Below the pieces are notes generated by a model. The model made no database searches. It was not told the DNA's origin and saw only the letters and a program-made list of their open reading frames with translations. This document shows, in pieces, positions 24,691-37,637 of a DNA stretch of 64,000 nt. This DNA comes from Raillietiella orientalis. Taxonomy: Eukaryota. The stretch covers positions 2,046,001 through 2,110,000 of the forward strand of contig JAYWIR010000036.1 of NCBI GenBank assembly GCA_036172245.1, in the 5' to 3' direction. A program made the position numbers and the translations under genes. Within the stretch, counting starts at the first letter, position 1. Each line of letters opens with the position of its first letter.

Positions 24691-27585
24691 TCACCGGGGA
24701 TTCCAGCAGCACTGCGGCAAGTAGGTGTGGTAGGGACCCTGCAAGAAGGACGTGGTTCCCGCGCAGAGGGCGGTCGGCGCTTCCTGACGCTGGTGGACAG
24801 CGGGAAAGGCGGCGTCTTGGATGCAGGGATGGAAGGCGATGTCCTCGCAGCATGCGCTCGTCACGGCAGGGAGGTCCTGCCTGAAGAGGTCGGGAGCGCT
24901 CCTGAGCTCGGTCTCCTGGGGAATGGTAGAGGCCACGAGAGGGAGCTTGCAGGCCTCGTTCCCCGCGTGGGTGAAACAGCAGCCCGCGGGGACCGTGTGA
25001 GCCCTTAGTTCCTCTCTCCTGTTGTAAAAATGCATCCAGGACGCGGATCTGAAGAAACTGGAACGAGTAGGCACCCATTCAGGCAACGCAAGGTCAGAGG
25101 CGACGGGTGGGACGTTCGTCTGGAGAAGTCGAAGGAGAGGGAGGGAAGCGCATTCGAGAAGACCACGGGGTAGAGAGGGAGGAGGAGACACAGGGAACAG
25201 GAAGAGAGTCGCCAAAGAGTTCTTGAACGCGGACTTCGGGAGAGCCTTACTTGCTCTGGAGAGGCCTCTGGTGAGCTGGCTGGGCTGGTACGCCGGCAAG
25301 GTTGGCTGGTCCTTCTTGAGCGAGGACCGCAGAGCCCTCTACCAGATATGGTAAAGGGGAACTTTCTTCTGCGACCTCCACCAAAGCTTTCGGTGGTTTC
25401 TTGCGCCTCGGTTGGTACTGAGAGAACGGCAAAAAAAAAAAGGAAAAAAAAAAAAGAAAGAAAGAAAGAAAAAGGCAGGCGATGTGGGTGTTTCCTCGGA
25501 TTCCGGGTATTCACCTTGTAGTTGGGGTGCTTCTTCTTGTGGATGATCCTCAAGCGTTCCGACTCCTTGATGAAAGGCTTCTTTTCATCCTCGCTGAGTA
25601 TCCTGGAAAAGCGATGAGTTTGACACGCAAAAGAGTAGCATGTCGCGCTACAAGCGGAGCCGCGAGCGTTCCGCCCTGACGAGAGATTCGCTTCAGCTGC
25701 AGGGAAAGCGGTAGCATTTCGGATGTTTTAAGTTTCTGTCGGTATGCGCGTACTGCAGCACACGCGCGTGCTGGAGGAAGGTAGCCTGGGAAACGCGTCG
25801 TTGCATTCGAGCTCGTTACGCGCGGAATTTCGCGTTATGAATTTGGTCAGCAGCGCCGTACTCTGTCAGGCGCTGATGTGGCAGCCCTGCATTTTGCCGT
25901 GCGCGGCACAGCCGTGCTGCGGGTCACGTGGCAAACGCAACAATGGGAACGCCGGGAGTGATGCGGCGCGCTTGTGAAAATGGCTGCAATGTCGTTTCGC
26001 GCATCGTTTCCCTGCGCAGGGAGCAAAACAGGGAGAAGCCGTGAGCGCGTGTGCAACGGGATCGGATGCAACTCGGGGTTTTTTCGATTCCGCGCGGTGA
26101 ACCGAGCGGGAGGCTCGCCTCCGACGCTTCCGCAGATGCGGGAGTTGCTGCTGTCAGCCGGCGCTGCTGAGTGGGAAAGCACGCGGCGAGCCTTCGACTG
26201 CCGCGACCCGCTGTCAACCCGGATGATGGCGCCTCAAAGGCGCCTTCCGCCGAACGAGTCGAGGTTGGTAGCTTGCTTGCTTGCGCCCGCGCCTCTGCCG
26301 CCGAGTCGTCGTCCTGGCAAAGAAAGAGTGCTTTTTGCCCTCGGAGGAAAGCGAGCCTCCAGTCAGGGAGGCAGTGCGAAGACCAAGCTGCGAGACAGCA
26401 TCCGTCCTGTTGCAGCCATCCAGCAGGTGCGCGCACGACGGCCCTCTTCCTACCCCGCGTGCCTTACTCTTCGCGACCCGTTCCCGACGAACCAAGGAGG
26501 AACTTGGAAGAAAAGGGAGTAACCGGAAGAAGAGCTCGAAGGAACGCAGTGGGTAAAGGAAACAGGAACGGGGGCTGGAGTGATGGAACGGAGGAAAGAC
26601 ATGGGAAAGGAAAGTGGGCAGTGGACTGGGAGACAGACTGGCGAATCGAACGGGATGAAGGAGAGATCGGCGGACGAAGTCGGAGAGGAGGGGGGGGGGG
26701 GGCGAGAGAAAGGGATGGTGCGTTTTGATCTTGGCCAAAAGGCCGAGCCCTCGGAGTGCTTCCATCACCACCTTGAAGGCAAGGGTGGACAAAGGGGAAA
26801 TTGGGATGGCCGTCGTCTCCACGGAACGGGAGGAAGGGGGGAGGAGGAGGACGGGACGCATTCCCTGTTGGGGCGACCTCCCCTACGGGACACTACCGCC
26901 CCGCTAGCCTGGGGAAAGGGGACTAAGGATCGTAGGCGCCGAGTATCGCGAGTCCTGCAGCGCCCCCCTCGCTTCTCAAGGAGAAAAGCCTTTCCCAGCG
27001 CGAAGGCCTTTCCGGGGAGCGGACGCGGTTCTCACCTCCACAGCCTGCCCAGGGTCTTGCTGAGCTCCGCGTTGTGCAGCTGAGGGTGTTGCTCGGCCAG
27101 TTTCTTGCGGGCCGCCTGCGACCACACCATGAAGGCGTTCATGGGCCTCTTGATGTGCTCCTGCCCTTTCTCCTGGGACTTCTGCGTGACGGGGACCGCG
27201 GTCCAGTCGAAACCTGGAGAGCAGAGCGCGGAGGGGCGCTGTAAGAGAAGGCGAGGATCGCGCGGCAATCTCGGTAGGGGTCCTTACACACGCGCGCGCG
27301 AGATCGCAGCGGAAGGACCGAAGACCGAGGTCCCGGCTTGGAGTGGACACGTCGAGGAACCTCGACGGCCGAGCTTCTCTCTCCCTCTGCGTCCCCGGGA
27401 CTTCGTGCCAGAAGAGAAATCGCGGTGCAGATGCGGGAGCGCTCGACGGGGGGCTGGCATTTCCCCCGAGGCATCCCCGTCCACTTTTCCCTTTCCTCAC
27501 CTTTCAGGAGCTCAACCACGGTGAAGTCCAGGGAGGGGGCGAGGTTTTCCAACGAACTGCTGTCCCCCTCGCCAGTCGTCGCCAT
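24691..27585 (-). CDS. SoxE: SoxE-group (Sox8/9/10, Sox100B-like) HMG-box transcription factor, 5 exons, ~291 aa
   Basis: Exons 27585-27501 (ATG in accATGG context), 27213-27036, 25602-25515, 25417-25251, 25048-24691; GT-AG, in phase. Dimerisation-like segment [14 protein letters not shown] then [77 protein letters not shown]. Start codon and last exon are less certain than the HMG exons. Confidence 0.92.
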
Positions 27586-30500
27586 GGTTTCCTCGGAGGA
27601 GGGGGCAGCAGGCGGCGACGCGGTGGGCAGAACCACCTCCGGCGGGGAGAAAGGCTCCGTCGTCCGCTCCTTTGAAAAGGACGCCTCCGCGCAGGCCACG
27701 GCGGCGGCGGTGAGGAGGGGGAGGAAAAGGAGGGACGGGGGGTGGGTGGTCCGTCGGAGAGGGTGCACCACCACCTCCCGCGCGATCGGTCGCTTTCCTC
27801 GATCGCGCGCGCACCCCCGTCGGCGTCGCCGCAGCGTCTCCGGAGATCGGGCAACGAGGGAGCGGGGGGAGGAGAGAACGAGAGCTTCCCGGGGAGCCGG
27901 GACCGGCGGCTTTGCGGCAGTCAGGTCGGCGTCGTCTCCGGGAAGGCTCCGCCCACCCCCTTCGGCGTGCTTCCCGGGAAATTTGTCAGGGAGAGCGGGA
28001 CGCAGGCGTCGTCGCCGTCACGGCCCGTCTCCTCGCCCGCGCGGACGGGCGAGGAGACGGGCCGTGACGCGCCCACGCGGGCGCTCGCGCGCGTTCCGGC
28101 AGGCTGCGGGCGGGGGTCGGCCCCTCTCTGTTGCTCCTCCCTGCCGACAGAGACAAATCTCCGTCTCGCGGAGGGGCGAGCGCAGCTCCCAGGGCTGCCA
28201 AGCGCCGCCGCCGCCGCCGCCTGAGGCCCTGCCGCCGCCATCTTTTGGCGGCGTTTGGGGCACTGGGGAGGAGGGAGGATGAGGAGCGACGCCGGCCGCA
28301 CACGCTCGTTTCCGGGGAAACGCCGCGAGCGATCGCGACAGTCGATCGGAGCGGTCGGCCCCAGCGGAAGCCGGAAGAAGGCGGACCACGGGGAAGCAGG
28401 CGCGCCAAAGAAGGAGCCGGGATCGTCTCACGAGTGGATCGGAAAGGAGGGACCACCGCTCTCATCCTCTTCCCTTCCTGCCCCACCCCTCTTCCCCGGA
28501 CGCCGGAAGGCTCCCTTCGCGCGTCACTGACCGGCGCACGTTCAACGCCTCCCGCTCGCACGGGCCGCAAACCTTCCTCGTCCGGAGACAGGGATCTGCT
28601 TTCCCCACCCCATTCCCCTTCTCCCAGTCCCTCCCCCGCGGGCAGTTAGCCATCGCGCGCGCGAGAAGCAGTCCCTCCAGTCACATGTCTCCCACGCACA
28701 ATGGGAAGGAGGTTTGACTCAAGAGAGGCTCGCACCCACACCAAGGCTGGGGCCGCGCGGAACCGGCAAACGGGTGCTGTGTGGCTTTCCCGGAGGCCAA
28801 GAGTCTCGGGAAGCTGCAACAGGGGGGATCCGCGGGACTCAGGGAATGCACGGTGTGAAGCGGGCAGGGCTGCCGCTTCCCGACGAGACACAGGGAGGAG
28901 GAAGAAGAGAAGAGGAGAAGAGGAAGAGGAAAAGGAAGAGTAGGAGGAGCAGAAGAGGAAGAGAGGAAAAGGAAGAGGGGAAAGGGGGGAGCCTGTGCCT
29001 TTTACTCCTGGCGCTTTCGAAAGATCCTTCCTCTCACCCACCCACCTCGCTAGCGTGCAACGATGCTTCCCTCCGCCTTCGGGGTGGTCGGTCCAGGGGA
29101 AAGTGACGTCAATGACATCTTCGGGGCCAATGGGATGCGCACGCGAAATGCTTCCCCTCTCCCCCTTCCTCCCTTTCCCAGCGCTGATCGTCGGCGTGGG
29201 TTGCAGAAGGTGCGTGCTGTGCTGGAGCCCCGCCCTCCCAGGACTACCGTCGCGGCATCCTAGGCGGGAAGACTACGGGGCCACGGACGTCGGAGTGAGC
29301 AGCCGCGGCAGCCACCACCCTGCGGAGCGGCAGTCGCGCGGGATGATGTCACTCCGGACTCGCAGTGGCCGACGCCGTTGCACTACGCGCTCGAGAGGGG
29401 GAGAGTACGGCAGAGGGAGAGGAAGCAGAAGAGATGGTACTGGTACGGATCGGCCCCCGGGTGCGAGAGGGAGCCCATAGCGCGGGAAGCCCAAAAGGGA
29501 AGGAGCGCTTCCGGCCCCTGGGCGGTGTGACCCTCAGGGGAAAGGCGAAGCGGCCGAGCGTGTCGGCATCCTCCCGCTCGCCGGACGCGGAAGGAGGGAG
29601 GGAACTGAGGCTAGAAGGAAGCGACCCCCCATCCTCGAGGTCCGGGAGGAGGGAGGACCCTCCGAAACCTCCCAGAGCAGGGCGGCTGGCCAATACGAGC
29701 ACCTGAGAAGAGGGCGGTGCTTGGAGGCGCGAAGGAGAAAGCAGATCTCCGCCTGCGTTCCACCCCTTCCATCTAGCGGCAAGGAAAGGAAGCTGATTCG
29801 GCGAGTCGAACGCAGCCACTCCGGACGTCACCCGACCCCGGGGGGACGGGTGACGCCCTGCCCGCGTCCCCTCCGCACCCTGCAGGCGGGCCTGTGGTTC
29901 GGTCCAACTCGCGCAGAGACCACCCTATCCCACGCGCGGCAGTCCGGCTTGACCGAGGCAGACAACCGGAGGGCCTTTGCCCGTGGCTCGAACGTTCTCC
30001 GGAAGAGTGGCCGACAGCTTCGCGCAGTCCTGCCGTCCACTCCGGCTTGGAGCTGGAGGGCCACTTCCCCCAGACCAGCGTGCGCTGCGGCCCATACCTT
30101 AGGAACGAAGGCGGACGGAGGTGGACCCCTCGAGCCTCAGGAGGGTTCGGGGGCAGGCGATCCTCTGAGTTTTCCAGCGGTGCGAAGGGGACCCCCGGAC
30201 TGAAGCAGGGGCGTCTCGGAAAAGACTCAGCCTCCCGGGAGGTCCTCGCGCGACGGCACACTTTCACCGCCGGGTGCCCCGCGGAAGCTGTCGGGGCATG
30301 GCGCTGGGGTGGACCACCCCGGAGTCCTCCTCCTCCCACCTGGCGGAGTCCAGAGAGTCGGATAAAAGATCGGATGCCTTCCTCCTGACAGGGACAGAGG
30401 CGGCTCTCCAACGGGTTCACGGAAGGGCGCCCACGAGGGCCACTTGCGGAGCGCTGAGGACGAGGAGCATCCCTCTTCCGGTCCCTTCAAAGCAGAAGGG

Positions 30501-33500
30501 CCCCTTTGGGCAAGCCGACTTCCCCAAAGACAGTAGGGAAGGGATCGTTTTTGTTTTTTCCCCGGAGCCGTCGCAGATAGGGGTACCCGCATCCCACGGG
30601 TCGGCCCTGGAGGTATCGGTCCGCCCCCGCGTCCGGACCACTGCGCTCCAAGCGCACACCACCCGGAGGCCATCCGAGGGGCGTCCCGCCTTCCTCGCGG
30701 GGAGAGGGGGGGGGCGTCGTCGTCTCCGAGATCGCTTCGTCACCGCCCCCTGCTCGGGCGCGTTGCCCGAGCGGCGCGGCTGGAGGGCTGCCTGCCTGCC
30801 CCTTTCCGCTCCGTGCCCCCCGGACAACCACCCGCGAGGCATGCAGGAGGACCCGTCCCTTGCAGGAGAGGCGATGCGAGACGAAAATCGGCAACCGGAA
30901 TTGAAAAGGGAGCGACGCTGCCCTCTGCGGAGGTCACGCATTCGTTGCTCCGCGGCGGCCTCGGGCGTCCGAGCAGCTCGAAAGGCAGACAAGGAGAGAG
31001 GCCGGGAGAGCGAGATGATTCTCAGCTTCCGGCTCTCTCGCTCTCCAAAGCGCTTCGGAATTCCCGTGCTCAGTCGATCGCCGCGCGCTCCTTCGGCGCG
31101 CCCACGGACAGCGGCGCCGCAGGCACAAACTCCACTCCCTCCTTCCCGAAGGAGGCGAGGCACCGGTCCGCCGACCGGACCGCGGAAGCATCCACCGCCA
31201 CCGCCGGCTGCTTCCTCCCCTGCAGGATCCGCTCCGGCAGCACGCGGACGATGGCGCCGACACGTGGCGCGCGAGAGCGCGGGTGGGGAGGGGGGAGCTC
31301 TCTCCGCGGCTCCTCGCAGGACTTTTCGCGCCAACGCCGGTGTCTTCCTCTCTAGGCTTTCCCATTGGCTGCTCTTGTGAGCCGCTGCCAAACGAAGACA
31401 CTCCGCTGCTCCATCAGAGGCTCAGCACAAGATGCCGGCGGGAAGCACGCCGGCAGGACGCGTCTCAGGAAGTCTCCGAGCCCAAGGCGAGGTTCGGTGT
31501 GAAGCCGACGCGCTAAACGTTGCGCTCTTGAGCTTGACCTCAAAGGCCGTGCCGTGCCGGAGCTGCGGTGGCGAATGTGGTGGGAACGAGCGGCCGAGGA
31601 AGTTTCGTAACGGCGGGTCCTCTCTTTCCCTCCGGGAGGTTGCGTTGCCATGCGACGGGATGCCCTGAGCCGCCCTCGATTCTTCCCCTCGGCGTCTCGA
31701 GTTTTTGGGCTTCGGCCCGGGCATACCTCTCGAAGAGACGGGGCCGCTGGAAATAACTGCAGTGCCAGCCTCAGGGAGATCGGGGATCTGACGCGGCGGT
31801 TCGAGCACGCGGACGCACCGGAGTGGAGAGAGGCCTCCCCGGCCACCGGCTCTTCAGGATACCCTTCAGCGCCGCGAACTTCCGGGAGGCTTCCAGACTT
31901 CGGTAGCACAAAAGGGAGGCTTCCACTGAGACTCGGGAAATCTCCCACTGTCGAATGATGTCGCTGAAAAGACGAAGCGAAGACAGCGGGCGCAGAATGG
32001 ACATCCGGCTTCTGAGGAGGAGGCGCGTGCTCTTTTTTGCTCGTCCCTCTCTTTGGCATCGCAGGGTCGCAGACGGATGAAAACGCGTCCTGCGGGAAAT
32101 GCAGTAGGGAGCGGTTGTTTCCGGAAATGCACCGGAATGCGTTCGAGGCCGCCCATCCATCCATCCTCCTTTCCAAGTCCGTATCTCCCGCGGGGGAGTA
32201 ATCGCGCTCAACCTGCTGCCCGCGGAGGTCGCCCAGTTGCGAGGGGCCCAGCGACCTTCCGGCGAGAGGTACGAGCCAGAGGCGACGTCGAGACGATGCA
32301 GCAGAGGTCACCGGCACGCCGAACAGGTGGTGTCGCCGCGGCGGGCGGATCGGCATGACGCTCGGCACTGCCTTTCTGCATGCGCGCGATTCCGTCCTCT
32401 GAGCCTCGAAAACGGAAGGGACGGACTCCGGGAACGCCCACCTGGCCTCCATGGTGAGCCAGGAAGCCCGAATCTTCGCAAGCACGCAGAGGGGGCTGCT
32501 GGATCGGACCTCCACGCTACTTCCGGATGGGAGTCTTTCTGGATCCGCATCGTTTGCAAGAGGCGGAAAAGGCGGAGGGTCAAACATCGGGGAGGGAGGA
32601 GGTGGGGGGGAGTTTGGTGAAACAAAAACAAAGAAAGGAAGAGGAGAAAGAATCTCTCCGGACTGCTGATCCGCTGGCTGCTGACGCCCTTCCCCCTTCC
32701 CGGCAGCTCGGACAGCCACGCCAGAGAGGGAGTGCCAGACTCCGCCTACCTCTGTGTCTCGCCAAATGAGGTCCGCTCCCCCAGATTCGGTTGTCCTGGG
32801 AAACGAAAGGAGAAGGAGGTTCCTGGCTCCTTTCCGCCACCATCACTCGTTGCGATTGCAGTGGCGCCACGGAAAAAAGGCGCCCGTCGGCAGAGTGATT
32901 GACTTCCCTTCTCCTATCCGGTTTGCTCCTACGCGGCCCTCGGGCTGGTGTGAGCCGCACGTCCGTGCGACCCTGTCGCTTGTGTCACGTGCGCTTCGTC
33001 GTCCGGGAGACCTCGCCAACTGCCGAGCGCGAGCGGACCGGGTTCCAGGCCGTCATCGTCCCGCAGACTTTGCATCGTCCTCCATGCTGCTGCTACTTCT
33101 TCCTTCGGGAGTTTCTCCCCTCTCTTCCCTCTCTCCATCCTCTTTCCTGCTCGGTACTATCTGCCTGGTCCAGCCTCCGGGCGCCACCAGGAGGAAGTAC
33201 CACTGTGTCCATTGCCTGCAGGTGCCGAAGACGCGAGATCTCGGAGCAGGCCGTTGCCACAGACAGACTGCGGGTCCTCTCTCGTCGCGTGCAACGCAGC
33301 TGCGGGACCTCAGGTCCCGGACAGGTAGAGCAGAAAGAGGTTCGCCTCCGCCGCAACGCCATCTCGCCGCCGGATTGAGAACAAGCGGACGACCGGCCGT
33401 TCTCCGGACGCCCGCTTGGTGACGCCCTCTACGCCACTGCGCTCCCTCCCTCCCTTCCCCGGGGAGTGGGATCGCTCGCAGGGGAACGAGAGCGAGGTCG

Positions 33501-36500
33501 TCCATCAACCGCAAGGCGCAGCTCGTGAAGAGGGAAGTCGTGGCGCCTTCCCGGAAGTGAAGCGACCTCATCAGCAGGCCGAGCCTCCCGGAGAGTAGAG
33601 AATGCTGACCGACAACTTCGGACGCGCTTCCGACTGCCATGGGAGGAATCCAACGAGGAAGCTCCGTCAGGCAGCACCCCAAGAGGGAGGTTTGTATCGA
33701 CGAGGGAGAAAACGGCTGGCGACATCCGGCTACGACGGTGACGTTCCGCCTTTCCAGTGGGGCAATGGGGAATTTCCGCACACGCCTACTGCCTCCTCTG
33801 GTTGAGGGGCCTCTACAATCGGTCCTTCCTCCCTTCGAGTGCAGCGCCGCGATGGTTCCAGCTAGTGAGGCCTTCGTCAAGAGGTCGCGGGGGATGGCCC
33901 GCAAGTTTCTTCCTCCTCGCCCTCTTCCGTCCTGATCGACCTCTCGGCGAGGTTCCCGAATCGCGCCTCCTGCAGCGTCGGATGGATGGAGCAGGTGCTG
34001 GGGAGGGGCGGCTTCCGCGATCCGGGAGTGCATAAACCCTGAGGAACGTGAGCGACGTGCAGATGCGGGCGCAATGCTTCTTTGGCTCGCGGTCCGGTCG
34101 CTAGATGTCAGCAGGCGCTACCCGAACGGGGGGCCGCAAGGCATGAAGGGCGAGCCCGTCGGAGAGCAGGCACGTCGAATGCGGGCAAAGCGTGCCGAAC
34201 GAGAGGAAACCGGGCGAGGAGGTGGAGGCAGGCAAACGAAAGAGACCACGGGGGTCGATGATGGCGCGAGACGAACGCAGGGCTCTGTTGCCATCTCGCG
34301 GAGGGGACCCGACAGAATTTGGCCTCGCGGGCCCGCATGGCGAAGGAGCCTTTCGAGAACCCTCCGAAAGGCTCCAAGGAGGCAGACGGAGGCGGTGGCG
34401 CCCACCCTACCCCACTCCGCCACTAAATGCGATGCATTCGCCCTGGAAGCCCGCGTCGGGTTACGGTGCTCGGGAGATGATGGCAGGTGGCTGGGCCCCC
34501 CTGCCCTTAAGGGAGCGCTGCCAGCGTGGGCTCAGAGCTCTCTGCGCGGGAAGCGCGCGCAGGAGCGGTAACCCGGAAACGACTGTGACGTTTACGCGAC
34601 GGGAGCTCTTTGGACGCACCCACAGCGTTTCCTTTCTCTGCCCGCCTCTTCCTCCGCTGGGACGAATCGGTCGTCTCGTTTCGGCCTCGGGTCTCGAGAC
34701 GGAGGCTCAGCGATCCCTGGGGCGCTCTCTCGAAAGTTCTCCCTCCGTCGGCCTTGGGGACGAACCCTTCCACCTAGCGGCAGGAAAAGGAAGCTGCGCA
34801 CCCGGCAGGCTGAACACGGAGGGTCCCGCGCGAGAGCGGAAGAGATAGGGAGGCGCCCCCACCCTCCTCTTCTTTCCCTTTCCGGTTCCGGGTCCGCCCC
34901 ACCGCGGAAAGCTCCAGAGGATAGCTCGAAAAGTAGGGTGGCAGTCGGGAAGCCACCTTCCTCACCGGACCCCGAAGGGCGACCCATTTTCCTTGTCCTT
35001 CCCCGAGGCGCCCGCCTCGGACGGGCCCGGTGTGACAGTTCGGCACAGGGGCCTCCCGCTCGGTCCGTCCCTCCCTCCCGAGTTGCCCCCCTCGCGGTCT
35101 ATCAGGGACTCTCCTGCTCAGGGCGGTGCGGGCCCGCGACCGGGAGGCCCCCACGGGGTTCCTCACTCCGCCTGCGGCAGCGGTAGCGGCGCAGAGGGGC
35201 CGGTGTCCTTCCCCCCCTCCCTCCCAGCAAAGCATCAACCCTCGCAAGCCAGTGCGTCCCCGTCGCCACCGTCCCGTGAGGGGGGTCGCCCTTCCTTTCC
35301 ACTCCCACTCCCACGGGGCTCTCAGGGAGGGGCGGAGATTCGGCCGAGGATCCGCTGCCGGAGGCCACGGAGGGACCCCGGTCTGTACCCGGCGGCGGAT
35401 CGAAGGAGCACTAGCAGGAAAGCGCCGGCCTTGAGGAACCCTGGAGTGACCTTGGGAGAAGAAGCACAGGGTAGGGGGTGCGCGTGACCCCCGCCGTCGT
35501 CACAGCTCTCCGAGAGGATCCTCCTCGGCATCCTCGCCCGGAGATCGCCGCCGCCGAGCTGACGTCGGTCGGCCCAGAGCGGAGTCTGCAGACGACCCCC
35601 GAGGGCGGCGACGCAGCGGCGGATGCGGGCGAAGAGCGGGAAGGCCCGCACTGGGGGGGGGGGGCCTCGCGGGGACTCTGAGTCTTCCACAGAGAGGTCG
35701 CGACCCCGCTAACCTTAGCTTGCCCGGTCGGAGGATCGCCCCCCTCGAGAACTACCCTTCCTTTCTCCGCTCTCTTTCGATCCATGGTGCGAAGGGGAGG
35801 GGGATTTCGCCAAGGGGGACACCGTTGCTGTCATCTCGTGGCACTTCCCCGCCCGTAGGGAGAGTTATCCCACCGCCGGGCCCTCCCCGGGTCCGCTGGG
35901 AGCGCGCACGGAAGAAGAAGAAGCGCAGGAGGCTGCGCCCAAGCGTTCCTCTCCAGCGCGGCGCCTGGCGGTGGAGACGAAAAAAAAAAAAAAAACGAGC
36001 AGCAGCGGCGCGCGCACCGTTGCCGGGAGATGCCTCCCGTTTCGACGCTTCCTCTTCCTCCCCTCCCTTCCTCCTGCCGCTGCCCCGTTCCCGCTTCCAG
36101 GGAGGATGCGAGGGCTCTCCGGGGCAGCGGTGCATCGTGACCGCCCGGTGGCACGGGAGTCGCTGCCTGTTAGGGCAGGGCGCGACCCCCTCGCGCGAAA
36201 TGGCGCCGGGGGACGGGGTGCGCCACGTAAGCCGGGTCCGTGTGCCCCTTTTTTCTCTCCCCTTTGTTTTCGTTTTCCGCCCTTCTCCCCCCCCCCCGAC
36301 TTTTGCCGGGGTGCAGCGACGCGGGAAGAGCGGCACGGCAATCGAACGGTCGCGCCGGTCCGTCCGTTACCCGGGTTACGGGCGCGCACCATGGGAGGGA
36401 GGGGAAAGGGGAGCACGCTCTCAAGCAGCTTCCTCCCGGGGAGACGGATGGGTGGTGCGCCAGTGCTGGCGGCGACGCCGCTCCCGCTTGTTTCGGCCCG

Positions 36501-36569
36501 GCGGGGGGGGGGGGGGGGGGAAGTCCGTCGGATGGGTGCGGGGCGCAGTCGACGGCGGCGCCGCGAAGG

Positions 36570-36630
36570 CTATATATAGACTGCCGCTAACAATGGGGTC
36601 CGCTCGCGGGAGCTCGCATTCTATAAATAG
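36570..36630. promoter_or_regulatory. Enhancer-like island: two MEF2 consensus sites, Sox site, TEAD-like site
   Basis: ctatatatag 36570-36579 and ctataaatag 36621-36630 both match CTA(A/T)4TAG; aacaatgg 36589; cattct overlaps the start of the second MEF2 site; surrounding DNA is very GC-rich. Confidence 0.55.
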
Positions 36631-37559
36631 CGGGGGCCTCCGCGCGCCGCCTGCCTGCGAGCACACGTTGGTGACGACGCTCGCCGTGCACACCCGCAGC
36701 AGAGGGGCAGGGGCAGGCCCTTCCGCTAGGGGGCAGGTGCGCGTTTGCCTCCTCCTCCTGTGAGCACCGGGGCGGCAGGGCCTGGAAAGCGGGGAGGAAA
36801 GCGCGCGCCGATTCCGCCTTGCGAAAACGGAAGACGGGGGCAGGAATGCCCGCCGCATCGGCGGTGGCGGCAAGCGGGGCGCAGGTCAGCCCTCCGGTCA
36901 GCCTCCCGAAGGAAGAAGATGGCGGGCGTGTGGCTTTCCTGCAGGGAACCGGCCACGCACTGCGCGGCGATCGGGGGAGGGGCACGCTTCGACGGAAGCG
37001 GGAAGAAGGGCGCGCAGGAGGCGTGGCGAGGGCGGAACCTGCTCGCCATCCACCCCACTGTCGCGGGCGATGGCGACGGGCGGCACCGTCTCGCGGCCGT
37101 CCCGCTCGCTCTCCCCCCGAGCTGCCGCCTCCGCGCGCGCGCGCGCACGGAGGAGCGCCGCCACCCCCGGGGCAGGGCGCCTCCGAGGTGGCGGCGCTTC
37201 CGGCGGGTGGCCACTCTGCAAGCTGCACCCTCCGGCAGCGGAGGACGTCTTTTTCCGCTGCCACTGTTCTCCCCTGGCAAAGGAGAAGGGCGAGGGAGGA
37301 AGAAGGAAGCCCTTCGCTGCTCTGCGTGCCCTCCCTCCTACCCACGCGCCGCCCATGAGGGGCGGCGTGTCAGAAACCAGAGCGCGCTCTTTAGAGAAAG
37401 AGAGAGAGAGAGATGCGGCACTTACCCGCTGCTGCTGTGGCGACGGTGACGGCGGCAGGGGAGGGCGGCCGAGCGGCTCTTCCCGTGTTTCCCTGCTTCC
37501 TGGGGCAGCGTGCCGGCGGCGGTGGCGCAGGGGGTGGGCGTGGCACCGGAAGATTCCAC

Positions 37560-37637
37560 AGACAAAATTAGTTTTCACAATGATCTCAGAGTTGCAAGGC
37601 GTAATCTGGCAAATCACTGTGAAAACCAGTCCTGTCT
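37560..37637 (-). ncRNA. bantam: bantam microRNA precursor
   Basis: Minus strand reads agacaggaCTGGTTTTCACAGTGATTTGCCAGAttacgccttgcaactcTGAGATCATTGTGAAAACTAATTttgtct. 3p mature TGAGATCATTGTGAAAACTAATT (37588-37566) has the bantam seed GAGATCA; the 5p arm (37629-37605) pairs with it and resembles known bantam star strands. Confidence 0.95.
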
